A stretch of DNA of 64,000 nucleotides. Source: Thermoanaerobaculia bacterium (GTDB lineage Bacteria > Acidobacteriota > Thermoanaerobaculia > Multivoradales > Multivoraceae). Position 1 is the stretch's first letter, and each line of letters starts with the position of its first letter. The position numbers and the translations under genes are program-made. The notes under the pieces are model-generated. The model was given only the letters and a program-made list of their open reading frames with translations, ran no database searches and was not told the origin of the DNA. The stretch is from assembly GCA_963664405.1 (NCBI GenBank), contig OY761158.1:2368001-2432000 (forward strand), given 5' to 3'. Shown here one piece after another: positions 1 through 11,282 of the stretch.

Positions 1-1829
1 AGGACCCCCGCTACCCCGGCAACCCGGCCGCCGGTCAAGCCTGGCCGGGGAACAACTTCTCCGCCTACTTCGACGGGCTCGGAGAGGATCATCAGTGGAA
101 CGGCTGGTGGCTCGACAACGGCTTCGGCACCAATGAATACCCGCGCGATCAGTTCAATACCAAGCTCACCTGGTTCGCCAAGGAGCACGACGTCATGTTC
201 GGGCTCGACTGGCAGGAGACCCAGTGGGACCAGGACCTTCAGCACAACGACACGTATACCGGCCCGATCTTCGATGCCTTCTCGGCAACCGGCTTCGAGA
301 GCTGCAGCCTCATCTTCGGCAACGTCTGCACCTATTTTGATGTGAGTCCACCTGAGTTTGAAGGGCAGTCCCCGATCGCAGGCAGTTCTAGTGAGAATGT
401 CGCCTTCTTCGTCCGCGACCGGTTCTCGGCCGGCGATCACTGGGCGTTCAACCTCGGTTTCAGAGTGGAGGACCAGAGCCACACTAACGACGTCGGCCGC
501 ACTGTGATCGACTCCACCGATGTGGCTCCGCGCCTCCAGGTCACCTACGACGTCCATGGCGACGGCAAAATGCTCGCCAGTGTCAATGTCGGGCGGACCT
601 ACCAGCACCTCGGCCTCGACATCACCAACTCGTTTCTGCTCGAAGGGTGGAATGGAGTCAACGCCTATGACCAGTTCGTCGCTTGCGAAGGCTTCGACCG
701 TTTCTTCTTGCCATTCTGCGCCTTCTACGGGGATGGATACACTGTCCCCATAGCCAGACTTCGCCCAGGCACCATGTGGCAGCAGGTGGATGCCGGAATC
801 TTCGATGTCGACATCGACCCCTATTACAAAGACGAGATCGTCCTCGGCTTCGAGTGGAGCGTCACTCGCAACTGGCTCTTAGACGTCAAGGGGATCTACT
901 ACGAGCTCGGCAACCCCATCGGCTCGACCGAGCAGATACTGCCCAACGGCGACATCTTCCTGCTCACCGAGAACTACAAAGACTACCCCAAGGTCCTCGG
1001 TAGTCTGGGCGTCGTCGACCCCCAGGTGTTGGCGAACTTCGAAGAGGGGGTACGAGAGTACGAGGCCATCCAGCTTCAGTTCAACCGCCGCTACCGCAAC
1101 AATTGGGCCCTCTATAACAACATCACCATCCAGGATGCGACGGGGCACTACCATGGCGGTCTGTTCGACGACACTACCGCCAGCTACGGTGAGTCCCTCC
1201 AGGCGACGCTTCAACCGTTCCACATCGACGAGTGTCAGGCGCTGCAGGACGGCGTGCCCCCCACCCTCACGAATCCTTTTAATCAGCCGCGCACCCATCC
1301 AGTCGACTGCGCTGCCGCTCTGGGCCCCCACCTCGGACAGCCGCTCTCCACCATCAACCGCTACGGTTCTCTGCCCGAGGTCCACGACGTGGTGATCAAG
1401 AGCTTCGGCTTCAAGAATTGGTTCCTGGGTGGCAGCGACAAGCACATTCTGAGTATCGGCGGCTTCTTCGCGTGGGAGTCCGGCAAGCCTTGGGAGCGGA
1501 CCGAGAGTCTCGAGTTTGCCCTCGGTTGTGACATCGACGGCTTTCTGTGCACCCCGGAACAAAACACCTTCGACAACGATGTCACTGTCTATCTGCAAGA
1601 GCGCGGGTCGCAATCGGCGTTCAACGAGGTCTGGGATCTCGACCTTTTCGGCACCTGGACCTTCCCGATCCAAAACCGGCTGACCGGGAACATACGGCTC
1701 GAAGTCAACAATCTCTTCGACGAGCAGAAGCTGCAGAGGATCTCGGGTCGGGGCGAGGTCGGTACCTCGCGAGAGATCAGCTACCAGAATCCACGTGAGT
1801 TCCGCATGTTGGTCGGATTCGGTTTCTAG
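1..1829 (+). CDS. TonB-dependent receptor (Oar-like), 5'-truncated by the window edge
   Basis: Frame is open from position 3 (DPRYPGNPAAG...). Beta-barrel motifs FFVRDRF, FNLGFRVE, APRLQVTYD, LEVNNLFD; ends PREFRMLVGFGF with terminal Phe. Confidence 0.9.
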   Translation, partial: DPRYPGNPAAGQAWPGNNFSAYFDGLGEDHQWNGWWLDNGFGTNEYPRDQFNTKLTWFAKEHDVMFGLDWQETQWDQDLQHNDTYTGPIFDAFSATGFESCSLIFGNVCTYFDVSPPEFEGQSPIAGSSSENVAFFVRDRFSAGDHWAFNLGFRVEDQSHTNDVGRTVIDSTDVAPRLQVTYDVHGDGKMLASVNVGRTYQHLGLDITNSFLLEGWNGVNAYDQFVACEGFDRFFLPFCAFYGDGYTVPIARLRPGTMWQQVDAGIFDVDIDPYYKDEIVLGFEWSVTRNWLLDVKGIYYELGNPIGSTEQILPNGDIFLLTENYKDYPKVLGSLGVVDPQVLANFEEGVREYEAIQLQFNRRYRNNWALYNNITIQDATGHYHGGLFDDTTASYGESLQATLQPFHIDECQALQDGVPPTLTNPFNQPRTHPVDCAAALGPHLGQPLSTINRYGSLPEVHDVVIKSFGFKNWFLGGSDKHILSIGGFFAWESGKPWERTESLEFALGCDIDGFLCTPEQNTFDNDVTVYLQERGSQSAFNEVWDLDLFGTWTFPIQNRLTGNIRLEVNNLFDEQKLQRISGRGEVGTSREISYQNPREFRMLVGFGF

Positions 1830-1848
1830 CGCGGAAGATTAAGTGCCT

Positions 1849-1875
1849 CAGGCCGGTCTCGGTGAGGCCGGCCTG
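1849..1875 (+). terminator. GC-rich stem-loop after the TonB receptor (terminator or mRNA stabiliser)
   Basis: caggccggtctc-ggt-gaggccggcctg: 12-bp stem with one G-U pair, about 20 nt after the stop; no clear U tract. Confidence 0.5.
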
Positions 1876-1932
1876 GTACCTTCCGCCGCGGCTAGCCCTG
1901 TCCGCAGGCCTACGCTACGATGCCTGGTCTTG

Positions 1933-3684
1933 GTGTACGGGCGGACCATAGATTACAGACTTGCTTTCTCGCTGACCTTGGGCGTGGCCTGCATGGCAGG
2001 GTGCGCAACGGACCTCGGTCCTGACGGGACGAGCAGCTCGGCGCCGTCCGTGGTGGCCGACTCTGTCTCGTCCGGGTCTATCGCCACACCTCTCTTCACC
2101 GAGGTGACGTCGGATCTCGGCGTTGATTTCGAGCACCACGTGGGCTCGCATCAGAGATACATGATGCCGGCGGTGATGGGGGGTGGAGCAGCGGTCTTCG
2201 ACTACGACGACGACGGAGACCTCGATCTCTACCTCGTCGATTCGGGTCAGGTTCCGCGGCCGGAGGCGGTAGGGATTGCTACCTCGAACCGCCTCTACCG
2301 CCGAGAGGCCGGAGGTAATTTTACCGATGTGACCGCCGCCTCCGGCCTTGGAGAACCCGGCTACGGCATGGGCTGCGCCGTGGGGGACATCGACAACGAC
2401 GGTGACCTCGACCTCTACGTCACCAACTGGGGCGCCGACGTTCTCTATCGCAATCGGGGCGACGGCACCTTTGAAGACACGACGGCGGAGGCGGGGGTTG
2501 GCGACCGCGGCTGGTCCACGTCGGCAACCTTTTTCGACTACGACCGCGACGGCTACCTCGATCTCTTCGTCGCCCGCTACGTCAAGGACGACCCCAGCCA
2601 CATCTGTGTCGACGAGAGTGGCCGTCGGGAGTATTGCGGTCCCACTGCCTTCCCCGGAGTTGCCGACCTCCTCTATCGCAATCTGGGGGGCAGCCGATTC
2701 CAGGAAGAGAGCACTCTGGCGGGCCTGGCAACCGTGCAGGACGCCGGCCTCGGGGTCGTCGCCGCGGACTTCGACGACGATGGCTGGATCGACCTCTACG
2801 TCGCCAACGACGCCGATGCCAACAACCTGTGGCTGAATCAGGGAGACGGCACCTTCGTCGACAGTGCGATCGTTCTCGGCGCCGCCTACAATCTGCACGG
2901 CCTTTCCGAAGCGGGCATGGGAGTGACCGCCGGCGACGGCGACGGCGACGGCGATCTCGATCTCTTCGTCACTCACCTCATCGAAGAGACCAACACCTAC
3001 TACAGGAATATGGGGGGTGCCGGCTTCCAGGACGCCACCGCCGCGGTCAAGCTGGGTCTCGCGGGAATCAACTACACCGGCTTCGGCACGGCCTTTTTCG
3101 ACTACGACAATGACGGCGACTTGGATCTCGCGGTGGTCAACGGAGGGGTGAAGCGACGTTCCTCTTCTTTAGCCGGAGGTGAGGGCTTCTGGGGCGCCTA
3201 CGTAGAGCCGAACCAACTCTTCGCCAATCAAGGCGACGGCACCTTCGAGGACGCGAGTGCACAGGCAGGCTCCTACGCCACCGAGCTCGAGCTCAGCCGT
3301 GGCTTTGTGCCCGCCGATTTCGACGGCGACGGCGACCTCGATGTCCTGGTGACCAACCTCGGGGGTCCCGCACGTCTCTATCGCAACCAGGCCAGCGGAG
3401 GCCACTGGCTCGAGATCCGTCCGTTCCTCCCCAACCTCCGACGAGAGGCGGTGGGAGCCAAGGTCACTATCTTCACCGAGGCCGGCCGCTACGTACGCCA
3501 CTCCATTCCGCCGGGCGGCTACCTGACCAGCGGCCACGCTCGTATCCATCTCGGCCTCGGAGAAACAGATCGGATCCTCCGTTTCGAGGTTCGCTGGCCG
3601 AGCGGAGACGTCGAGACCTTCACAGGCGGCGAGGCGGATCGTGTCGTCGAGCTGCTCAAGGGAAGCGGCGTGAGCACACCATGA
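1933..3684 (+). CDS. CRTAC1 / ASPIC-UnbV family FG-GAP beta-propeller lipoprotein
   Basis: Repeated DYDxDGDLDL Ca-binding motifs, C-terminal GGYLT..HLGLG..EVRWPSG (ASPIC/UnbV), lipobox-like MAGC. Start uncertain (1930/1933; ORF track gives 1843). Confidence 0.9.
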   Translation: MYGRTIDYRLAFSLTLGVACMAGCATDLGPDGTSSSAPSVVADSVSSGSIATPLFTEVTSDLGVDFEHHVGSHQRYMMPAVMGGGAAVFDYDDDGDLDLYLVDSGQVPRPEAVGIATSNRLYRREAGGNFTDVTAASGLGEPGYGMGCAVGDIDNDGDLDLYVTNWGADVLYRNRGDGTFEDTTAEAGVGDRGWSTSATFFDYDRDGYLDLFVARYVKDDPSHICVDESGRREYCGPTAFPGVADLLYRNLGGSRFQEESTLAGLATVQDAGLGVVAADFDDDGWIDLYVANDADANNLWLNQGDGTFVDSAIVLGAAYNLHGLSEAGMGVTAGDGDGDGDLDLFVTHLIEETNTYYRNMGGAGFQDATAAVKLGLAGINYTGFGTAFFDYDNDGDLDLAVVNGGVKRRSSSLAGGEGFWGAYVEPNQLFANQGDGTFEDASAQAGSYATELELSRGFVPADFDGDGDLDVLVTNLGGPARLYRNQASGGHWLEIRPFLPNLRREAVGAKVTIFTEAGRYVRHSIPPGGYLTSGHARIHLGLGETDRILRFEVRWPSGDVETFTGGEADRVVELLKGSGVSTP

Positions 3685-5396
3685 TCTACCGCAGACTCAC
3701 TCTCCCGCCGGCCCTGCTTCTGCTCCTGCTGTGTAGCTGCAGCGGTCCTGAAGCTGAGATCCCTGTCCCCGACCTCAGTGCCGCCGAGCCTCGGGTCCGC
3801 GAGCGGATCACTCGGCTGGGAGACGAGGTCCACACAGCGCCGCGGGATGGCGAGGGCTGGGGAGCCTACGGGAAAGCCCTCGAAGCTCACGGTTTTCTCG
3901 AGCCGGCACAGATCGCCTACGGTCACGCGATCGAGCTCGACCCCGACGACTTTCGCTGGCCGTATTTTCTTGCCGCCCTCCTCGACGCTACCGATCCAAC
4001 TACCGCCGTCGTCTGGTATCTCCGCGCCATCGCTCTCGATCCCGACTACGCACCGGCCCGCATTCGAATCGCGCAGACACTCGAGAAGCTGGCGCGCGAC
4101 GACGAGGCCTGGGAGCAATACCTGAGAGCCTCCGATCTCGAGCCCGACAACCCCTTCGGCCCCCTGGGTCTGGGCCAGATCGCTTTACGGCGTAACGACC
4201 TCGAGAGGGCCCTCCACGAGATCGAGCGAGCCTATGAGATCGATCCCGAGATCCACGCGGTAGTAGCCGCTCTGGCCCAAGCCCTCCATCGCTCCGGCGA
4301 GCTCGGGCGGGCCCAAAGCCTGGCGCAAGGAGCAGCGGAGCTACCGCGCATCACCTATCGGCGCGATCCTCGCCGGGCGGAGATTCAAAGTGAGGCGGTG
4401 GATGCGAGGAGCCATCTGAGAAGAGCGGTGACCTACCGCGATGTCGGACAGCTCGAGCAGGCACTGCGGGAGGCCCAGGCCGGTCTCGCGGTCTCCCCTG
4501 ACCTCGCTGAAGGCCACTACCTTGCCGCCGAGATCCATGCCCGGCTGGGCGACCACGATGCTGCGAGGGCGGCCGCGAGCCGGGGTCTCGAGCTGGCCCC
4601 CGACCGCGCCGGAGGACGAGCCGAGCTCGCCAAGGCCCTCCACGCTCTCGGCCGCTACGACGAAGCCGAGCGCGAGGCCCTGCTCGCCCTCGAGTCGGAC
4701 CCGAGCGCCGCCACGATGGAGGTCATCGTCGCCGAAGCGCTGGCTCGGAAGGGCCAGCTCGAGGCGGCAATCGAGCGCCTCCAAGTCGCCGTACCGGCGC
4801 GCCCAGAGGAGACATCGTGGGCCCGCATGCTAGCCGGAGTCCTGACCGACGCCGAGCGACCGGAAGAAGCAAGAGAAGTGCTCGAAGGGCTGATCGAGAG
4901 CCATCCCCAGCTCGCCGAGGCCTGGACCGACCTCGGCTTCGTCACCCTCCGGCTCGGCAACAATCGTCAGGCGCTGGCCGCCTTCGAGCGTGCCGCCACT
5001 TTCGACCCTACGCCTCGCGATACCCTGCCCGGCCTGGTCCAGACCCTGCTTCTCACCAGCGGGCCAGAGGTTGCGGAACGACGCATGGAAGCCAGGCTAG
5101 AAGAGCGGCCCGCCGACCACTCGGCGCGGCTGCTATTCGCCGACCTCTTGGCTGGCCGCAATCGCTTCGAGGAAGCGACCGTCCAAATTCAGCGCGTGCT
5201 CGAACAGGTTCCGCGGCGCGCCGACGCCTGGATTCAGCTCGGCTACGTGAATCTTCACAACCGGCGCCCCGAAGAGGCTACGGCGGCCTTCGAGCACGCT
5301 CAGAAAATCGCACCTGCCCCCGAGGTTCGGGCCGCCGCCGCTCGGGGAGCGGCCGAGGCTCGCGCAGCGCTCGACCGCGGCACAGGGCCGCGCTGA
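3681..5396 (+). CDS. Tetratricopeptide repeat lipoprotein
   Basis: Many TPR motifs (AIELDP, AWTDLG, AWIQLG), LLLCSC signal, ATGA overlap with the upstream gene. Confidence 0.88.
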   Translation: MIYRRLTLPPALLLLLLCSCSGPEAEIPVPDLSAAEPRVRERITRLGDEVHTAPRDGEGWGAYGKALEAHGFLEPAQIAYGHAIELDPDDFRWPYFLAALLDATDPTTAVVWYLRAIALDPDYAPARIRIAQTLEKLARDDEAWEQYLRASDLEPDNPFGPLGLGQIALRRNDLERALHEIERAYEIDPEIHAVVAALAQALHRSGELGRAQSLAQGAAELPRITYRRDPRRAEIQSEAVDARSHLRRAVTYRDVGQLEQALREAQAGLAVSPDLAEGHYLAAEIHARLGDHDAARAAASRGLELAPDRAGGRAELAKALHALGRYDEAEREALLALESDPSAATMEVIVAEALARKGQLEAAIERLQVAVPARPEETSWARMLAGVLTDAERPEEAREVLEGLIESHPQLAEAWTDLGFVTLRLGNNRQALAAFERAATFDPTPRDTLPGLVQTLLLTSGPEVAERRMEARLEERPADHSARLLFADLLAGRNRFEEATVQIQRVLEQVPRRADAWIQLGYVNLHNRRPEEATAAFEHAQKIAPAPEVRAAAARGAAEARAALDRGTGPR

Positions 5397-5397
5397 C

Positions 5398-7146
5398 TCA
5401 GTCCATCCCTACCTGAAGCTCTTTTCTCAGAGAAGACCCCAAGCCGGCAACCTGGTCCCACAGAGCAACCGCAACCTTCTGCTCTCCCGCCGGCAGTCGC
5501 AGGTCGACTCGGGCACCGAAGAGCTGTTCGCGAGCCTTCTCCACATCGCTCGCCGGGATGCGGAGCGGAGGGATCTCGACCGCTTGGGCAGGCAGAATGC
5601 GACCTGAGGAAGTGCGCAACACCACCGCCATTTCCGCTCGACCTTCGTAGATGCCCCCCTGCTCATCCAAGCTGAGCTTGGAGATGGGGATGCTCACCAT
5701 CAGCTGCACATCGTAACTACCGTCGTCGCGCTCCGCCTGGCTCGAGATCGCCACCGTGACCTCGAGAGGATTCTCCCCGACCTCGAGAATCAACGCCGCC
5801 AGGGCGCGATCCGAGAGCGGGTCGGGCGAAGAGCGGTAGAAGTACTCTTCACGATGCCGGACCTTGAGGCCCTTTGGCTTGAGCCGGACCCGAAGGTCGT
5901 GGAGGCTGCCGTCCTGGTGAGCTTTCGGAGTAAAACCGAGCGAGTAGTAAGAATCGAGATCGGCCATTGCAGAGGCGAGAAAGCCGGCGACATCCTTGCC
6001 GCTGGCAAACACATCACCCCCGGTTGCCTCGGCCATCAGGCTGAGTGACTCCTTCATATCGGAGATCCTTCTCCGCGACCCGATCTGACCGTCCTCGTCG
6101 AGACGAGCCCCAGCCGCATCGATCGCGGGCGCCTTTATAGGGTAGAAGGTGACCCGACTGCTATTGGCCATGGCCGCGAGTCGCTCGATCTGGGGGGCGG
6201 CGCTGAATTTCTCGACCGCCTCCTGGAGCCGGGTCACACTCGACGAGCCCACGCCCCCCAGTCCTCCTTCCGCCCCGAAGACCGCGTTAGCCCCATCGCT
6301 GGCGGCCGGCCCTCCGGTGCCGCCCCGGCCCTGGAGAGTGGCGACCAGGCGGTCGGCGGGCCTCATCGCCAACCCGTCGCTGACGTAGAAGATGGTCTTG
6401 CGCCCGGGTACTCCGGCGAGTGCGTCGACGAAGGCGCTGAGGGCATCGACCGTCATCGCGACATTCTGATGCACTCCTTGCGCGTAGCCTTGCAGCTGTA
6501 ATATCGAGCTGTCGAAGGACTGCGAGGCCATTCTGCGCTCCTGACCGCCGCCCCCAAGGAGGCTGAGCATCTCCTGCACGTTGTCCGCAGTAGCTCGCTT
6601 GAGTGCGTCACTCCCGGCCGCCTCGCCCCGCCCAGCGCGCAGATCGGCCAGTGCGGCCTGCACTTCGGAGTACTCCGCGGTGAGGCTCTGGCGGAGGTGA
6701 AAAGTGCCGTCGAAAGAGCAGACCATGACCGGAACGTCGCCCGCCGCCATCTCATGCTCGAGAAAGCTCTCGAGAGTCGTGAGCACGCCATCCCGATTGG
6801 CCGCCCTCAAATTGAAGTCGTCGATATAGATCAGTAAGGAGATGGGCTCTGCCGACGAGGAGTCAGCGGCACCGGCGACGAAGAAATTCGTCACCTTCAC
6901 CTTCTTCTTGTCTTCGCGGATCTCGAAGTCGGCCGCGGTGAGATCAGTGACCGGGCTCCCCTTCTTGTCAGTGACGAGAACGTCGACGTTGACGACCTTA
7001 ACGTCCAAGGACTCGGAGAAGGTCGCGGCGGCTTGTTGGGCCGACGCACTCAAGCCCTGAGCGCCGATCAGAACTAAAATGCAGGCGGCCTGAGCCCTGA
7101 GAAGAGAAGCGAATGTCTCCAAGGTTGAAGCGATCGTATCAGGCAA
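5398..7146 (-). CDS. VWA domain protein (acidobacterial VWFA-related)
   Basis: VVNVDVLVTDKKG..DLTAADFEIRED, GRKTIFYVSDG, MAEATGG, YYSLGF are typical of this family. Start uncertain (TTG 7146 or 7122). Confidence 0.85.
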   Translation of the reverse strand: MPDTIASTLETFASLLRAQAACILVLIGAQGLSASAQQAAATFSESLDVKVVNVDVLVTDKKGSPVTDLTAADFEIREDKKKVKVTNFFVAGAADSSSAEPISLLIYIDDFNLRAANRDGVLTTLESFLEHEMAAGDVPVMVCSFDGTFHLRQSLTAEYSEVQAALADLRAGRGEAAGSDALKRATADNVQEMLSLLGGGGQERRMASQSFDSSILQLQGYAQGVHQNVAMTVDALSAFVDALAGVPGRKTIFYVSDGLAMRPADRLVATLQGRGGTGGPAASDGANAVFGAEGGLGGVGSSSVTRLQEAVEKFSAAPQIERLAAMANSSRVTFYPIKAPAIDAAGARLDEDGQIGSRRRISDMKESLSLMAEATGGDVFASGKDVAGFLASAMADLDSYYSLGFTPKAHQDGSLHDLRVRLKPKGLKVRHREEYFYRSSPDPLSDRALAALILEVGENPLEVTVAISSQAERDDGSYDVQLMVSIPISKLSLDEQGGIYEGRAEMAVVLRTSSGRILPAQAVEIPPLRIPASDVEKAREQLFGARVDLRLPAGEQKVAVALWDQVAGLGSSLRKELQVGMD

Positions 7147-7162
7147 TGCGGCAGCAACCCGA

Positions 7163-9268
7163 TCAGGGAACGGCGAGCGCAAGGGCCAGCACCAGATCGG
7201 CCAAGGCGGCAAGATCGCGCAGATCGAGCACCTCCGCCGGGGAGTGGCTGTAGCGGCCCGGCCACCCGAGACCCGCGTTCGGAGCCCCCCAGAAGGTGAA
7301 GGCCATTCCGTCGGTGCCGCCCTGAGTCAGACCGAGCTGCACCTCCAAACCGGCCTCCCGAGCGATCGCCAGATTGCGCTCCAATTCGCTCGCCGGCACC
7401 ATGCTGGTGTTCTCGATCGACCGCAGCACCGGTCCGCCGCCCAGAGGGGCGTAAGCGAAATGCGGGGACTCGAGCGGTGTATCGGAGGAAACGAAGGTGT
7501 CGACGCTATAGACCCGTCGCGACGATGTGCCGTAGCGGCGGGCTAGCGCAGCAGCGCCGACGAGACCGCCCTCCTCCTGAACCGACCAGACAAAGAGCAG
7601 CCGGTGATCCAGGGCCTCCGGGTCGATGGCCTTGATCGCCAGTAGGAGCGCGGTGGTACCCGCGCGATCATCCAGGGAGCGGGAGGTGTAACGGAAGCGA
7701 CCTAGCCGATGCCCCTCTTTGTAGCCGGTGACTCCCATTCCCGAGCGCACGCCCGCCCTGCGGAGCTCTTCACCATCGAGCCCGAACCATGCCGCCACCG
7801 CGTCCGGCCGGTAGGAACCGCTGCGATCGCTGCGAGTGAGGAAGACCCCACTCAGCTCTTCGAAGCTGGACGCCGATGCGTTTTCGCGACCGGGATCCAG
7901 CTGGAGCCGCGCCGGCTGACCCTCCCACGCCGACAGGACGACACCGCCTCTCCTTGTGAGGCGCACCGTCCCGTCGGCTTCGATCGACTCGATCTCAAAA
8001 CCGACCTCGTCCATGTGAGCAATGAACACCGTCGCCTCGCCCTCGGGCCCTGCCGCAACCCACACATTGCCCAACTCGTCCGTCTCGGCGCGCTCCCGCG
8101 CCCACGCCGGAAGCTCCGAGAGGACGATGGCTCGCACCGGCCCCTCATGCCCCGGTACCGCGGGGGTCTCGGCGAGCCGATCGAGAAGCCGGTGCACCTC
8201 TCGGAGCTTGTCGCTATCGGGGCTCGCGGCGGGCGAGTCGGCAGGGCCTTCGAGTGGAAGCGGGCGAGACGGAGCCTGCACCCACCCCGGGGATTCGGTC
8301 TCCGAAACGCCCCCCGCGGCACCAACCCTCGCGACGAGATTGCGTGCTTCGGCAACGTCGATCCGCTCCATCAGAGCGCCGGGATCCTCGACCGCGGGGA
8401 CCAACAAATGTACCGACTCGAGCCCCGAGGAACGGAGGACGGGAGCGAGGCGGCCGAGCTCCTCCGGGCGCACCTCGTGGTCCTCCCGCGCCCCCTGACC
8501 GCCATCCACGAGAATCAATTCGTCGATCGCGCCCAAGCGCGCGATCGCACCGCCAAGGCCGACCCAACCAAAGACTCGCTGTGTGCTCAGAATCCAGGTG
8601 GTCGTGCCATCCCTCACCGACGACCCGGACGCCGCCACGAGAGCCGCACAGCCGACTCGGCCGCCCGCCCCAGGGCCTGCAACGACATCATCGAAGGACC
8701 AGGCGGGTAGATGTCGGATCACCGGATCGAGCAGTCGAATCCCCAGATCGTCGACCTCCTCGCGTGATGCGGCACCGACATCGACCCACAGATCATCGGC
8801 CGTCCTGATCCGCGTCTCGTGGCGATGCTGCTCCGCGAAGTGTCCATTCGCGATGGCAACGACGCCGAGGCGAGGCCCGGATCGAGTCAGCACCCGCACT
8901 TGCTGCCCCTCGTGAAGCTGATCCCAATAGGGGTGTCCGGTGCCGCCACCGATGTGATGGAGTCGCAGGTAGCCGTCGTCGGTCACCTGACTCGCCGCGA
9001 AGGCATGGGCGTCGAGCCCGCAAGCGACAACGCGGTGGGGGTGACCCTCCCCCACCGTTTTCAGAAGATTGCCGTTGCGGTCGACCCGCCAGCCCGGAAC
9101 TAGGTTCTGTAGAGGCCCTGTCGCGAGATGCTCGTGCCCGGTGGGGGCGTCGAGAGCCACCCACGAAGCCAGGATCGCGGCCTCCGGCGAAGCAGCCCCC
9201 CGCGAACCCGACGCCTGGATCGCAACCAGCAGCACAACGAGGCCAAGGGCTCGACGAGACTCGTTCAT
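7163..9268 (-). CDS. Secreted two-domain M42/M20/M28-type metallopeptidase
   Basis: Signal peptide and tandem M42-like domains; the C-terminal one has AHMDE, LDDRAG, QEEGG, GGTDG and YSHSP. ATGA overlap with oppF. Confidence 0.85.
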   Translation of the reverse strand: MNESRRALGLVVLLVAIQASGSRGAASPEAAILASWVALDAPTGHEHLATGPLQNLVPGWRVDRNGNLLKTVGEGHPHRVVACGLDAHAFAASQVTDDGYLRLHHIGGGTGHPYWDQLHEGQQVRVLTRSGPRLGVVAIANGHFAEQHRHETRIRTADDLWVDVGAASREEVDDLGIRLLDPVIRHLPAWSFDDVVAGPGAGGRVGCAALVAASGSSVRDGTTTWILSTQRVFGWVGLGGAIARLGAIDELILVDGGQGAREDHEVRPEELGRLAPVLRSSGLESVHLLVPAVEDPGALMERIDVAEARNLVARVGAAGGVSETESPGWVQAPSRPLPLEGPADSPAASPDSDKLREVHRLLDRLAETPAVPGHEGPVRAIVLSELPAWARERAETDELGNVWVAAGPEGEATVFIAHMDEVGFEIESIEADGTVRLTRRGGVVLSAWEGQPARLQLDPGRENASASSFEELSGVFLTRSDRSGSYRPDAVAAWFGLDGEELRRAGVRSGMGVTGYKEGHRLGRFRYTSRSLDDRAGTTALLLAIKAIDPEALDHRLLFVWSVQEEGGLVGAAALARRYGTSSRRVYSVDTFVSSDTPLESPHFAYAPLGGGPVLRSIENTSMVPASELERNLAIAREAGLEVQLGLTQGGTDGMAFTFWGAPNAGLGWPGRYSHSPAEVLDLRDLAALADLVLALALAVP

Positions 9269-10290
9269 GAGAGCGCGGGAACCAAGTGGCAGGCGGCCTG
9301 GCGCCCCGGACCGATCTGGACCAGCGAGGGCACCTCGCTCCGGCAGCGATCTTCCGCCTCCGGACAGCGAGGGTGGAAGGGGCAGCCGGGAGGGGGATTC
9401 TGTGGACTCGGCACGTCGCCGCCGAGCACGATCCTACGCCTCGCCCGCTCGACCACGGGATCGGGAATCGGCACCGCCGAGATCAAAGCCTTGGTGTACG
9501 GGTGTTTCGGGTCTCGATAGATCGAAGCGGCGTCGGCAACCTCGACGATTCGCCCCAGATACATGACCGCGATGCGATCGCTGATGTGACGCACAGCGGC
9601 GAGATCGTGGGCGATGAAGAGATAGGTGAGGCCCAGGTCTCGTTGCAGAGTCTCCATCAGATTCAGAACCTGCGCCTGAATCGACACATCGAGGGCGCTG
9701 ATGGGCTCGTCGGCGACGATCAGCTCAGGCTCCAGAGCCAGAGCTCTGGCGATCCCGATTCGCTGACGCTGGCCGCCGGAGAACTCGTGAGGGTAGCGCC
9801 GGATATAGCGCGGGTCCATACCCACTCGCTCCATCAGCTCCTGCACCCGCCGCCGCAGCTCACGACCTCCGGCAATGTCGAAGGTGCGCAGCGGCTCACC
9901 GACGATTCCCTCGACCGTCATCCTTGGGTTGAGACTCGCGTAGGGGTCCTGAAAAATCATCTGCATGCGTTGGCGAAGCTCGCGCAGCTCCGAGGTCCAT
10001 ACCCAGCGCCCGAAGCGACGCTCCCACTCTTTGGTGAGCTCGATACCGTCAAAGCTCACCTCCCCCCCGGTCGGTCGCTCGAGTTGCAGAATGCCACGCC
10101 CGGTCGTCGACTTACCGCACCCCGATTCTCCGACCAAGCCCAGGGTCTCACCCGCAAAGACGTCGAGATCCACTCCATCCACCGCTCTGACCGCCGCTCC
10201 GCTCCGACGCAGCAGTGAGCCCGAGCTCACTGGAAAGTGAACCTCGAGCCCCCGCACCGAAAGCAGAGCGTCGTCGTTATGCGGCGTCAA
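9265..10290 (-). CDS. oppF: Oligopeptide ABC transporter ATP-binding protein
   Basis: [30 protein letters not shown]-terminal Cys cluster. TTG start overlaps the oppD stop. Confidence 0.92.
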   Translation of the reverse strand: MTPHNDDALLSVRGLEVHFPVSSGSLLRRSGAAVRAVDGVDLDVFAGETLGLVGESGCGKSTTGRGILQLERPTGGEVSFDGIELTKEWERRFGRWVWTSELRELRQRMQMIFQDPYASLNPRMTVEGIVGEPLRTFDIAGGRELRRRVQELMERVGMDPRYIRRYPHEFSGGQRQRIGIARALALEPELIVADEPISALDVSIQAQVLNLMETLQRDLGLTYLFIAHDLAAVRHISDRIAVMYLGRIVEVADAASIYRDPKHPYTKALISAVPIPDPVVERARRRIVLGGDVPSPQNPPPGCPFHPRCPEAEDRCRSEVPSLVQIGPGRQAACHLVPALS

Positions 10291-11282
10291 GCGGGCCCCT
10301 CCCCACCAGGCTCTGTGAGGTCCCAACACGCGGCCCATCGATGCTCGCCCCGACGAACCACTTCAGGGTATTCGCTACGACAACGATCGAGCACACGAGA
10401 ACAGCGAGGATGAAAAGGGCAGCCCGAGGGGAGATCCATGGGATGCGGAGGCAGCCCCGGGATCGGCACCAGCTCGTCGGTCTTCTCCTCGTCGAGGCGG
10501 GGCACGCTGCGTAGCAGTCCCCGAGTATAAGGATGCAGCGGATCCGCAAAGAGATCTTCAGTTCTCCCTTCCTCCACCACGCGGCCGCCGTACATGACCA
10601 AAACTCGATCGGTCATTCCCGCCACTACACCGAGATCATGAGTGATGAGAATTACGCTGGTGCCGAGATCTCTCTGCAGATCGGCGATGAGCTCGAGGAT
10701 CTGCGCCTGAATGGTGACGTCGAGTGCGGTGGTGGGCTCATCGGCGATGAGAAGCTCAGGCTTGCACAGCAACGCCATCGCGATCATCACCCGCTGTCGC
10801 ATGCCGCCGGAGAATTGATGAGGGTAGTCACGGGCGCGCTCGGCCGCATCGGCGATGCCGACGCGCTCCAGCATCTCTACCGCTCGAGACCGTGCCTGTA
10901 GCCGGCTGAGTCCCTCATGCAGCTCGAGAACTTCGGTGAGTTGGCGCTCGACCGTTAGGAAGGGATTGAGCGAGGTCATCGGGTCTTGAAAAATCATCGC
11001 CACGTGGTTGCCCCGCAGCTCTTTGAGGCGCGCGGCCGATGCGTGCAGAACCTCGATGTCGCCAAAGTCGACACGCCCCCCGGCAAACTCACCCGGCGGT
11101 TGAGGGATGAGCCCCATTAGCGAGAGCGCCGTCACCGACTTGCCGCAGCCCGACTCACCCACGATCCCCAGCGTCTCTCCCGGCTCGAGATCGAAGGAAA
11201 CTCCGTCGACCGCTTTCACCAGGCCGTCATCGGTTCGAAAGTAGGTACGCAGATCGCGCACTTGCAGGATCGGCGAGCTCAT
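10287..11282 (-). CDS. oppD: Oligopeptide ABC transporter ATP-binding protein
   Basis: [38 protein letters not shown]. Confidence 0.93.
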   Translation of the reverse strand: MSSPILQVRDLRTYFRTDDGLVKAVDGVSFDLEPGETLGIVGESGCGKSVTALSLMGLIPQPPGEFAGGRVDFGDIEVLHASAARLKELRGNHVAMIFQDPMTSLNPFLTVERQLTEVLELHEGLSRLQARSRAVEMLERVGIADAAERARDYPHQFSGGMRQRVMIAMALLCKPELLIADEPTTALDVTIQAQILELIADLQRDLGTSVILITHDLGVVAGMTDRVLVMYGGRVVEEGRTEDLFADPLHPYTRGLLRSVPRLDEEKTDELVPIPGLPPHPMDLPSGCPFHPRCSRVLDRCRSEYPEVVRRGEHRWAACWDLTEPGGEGPA

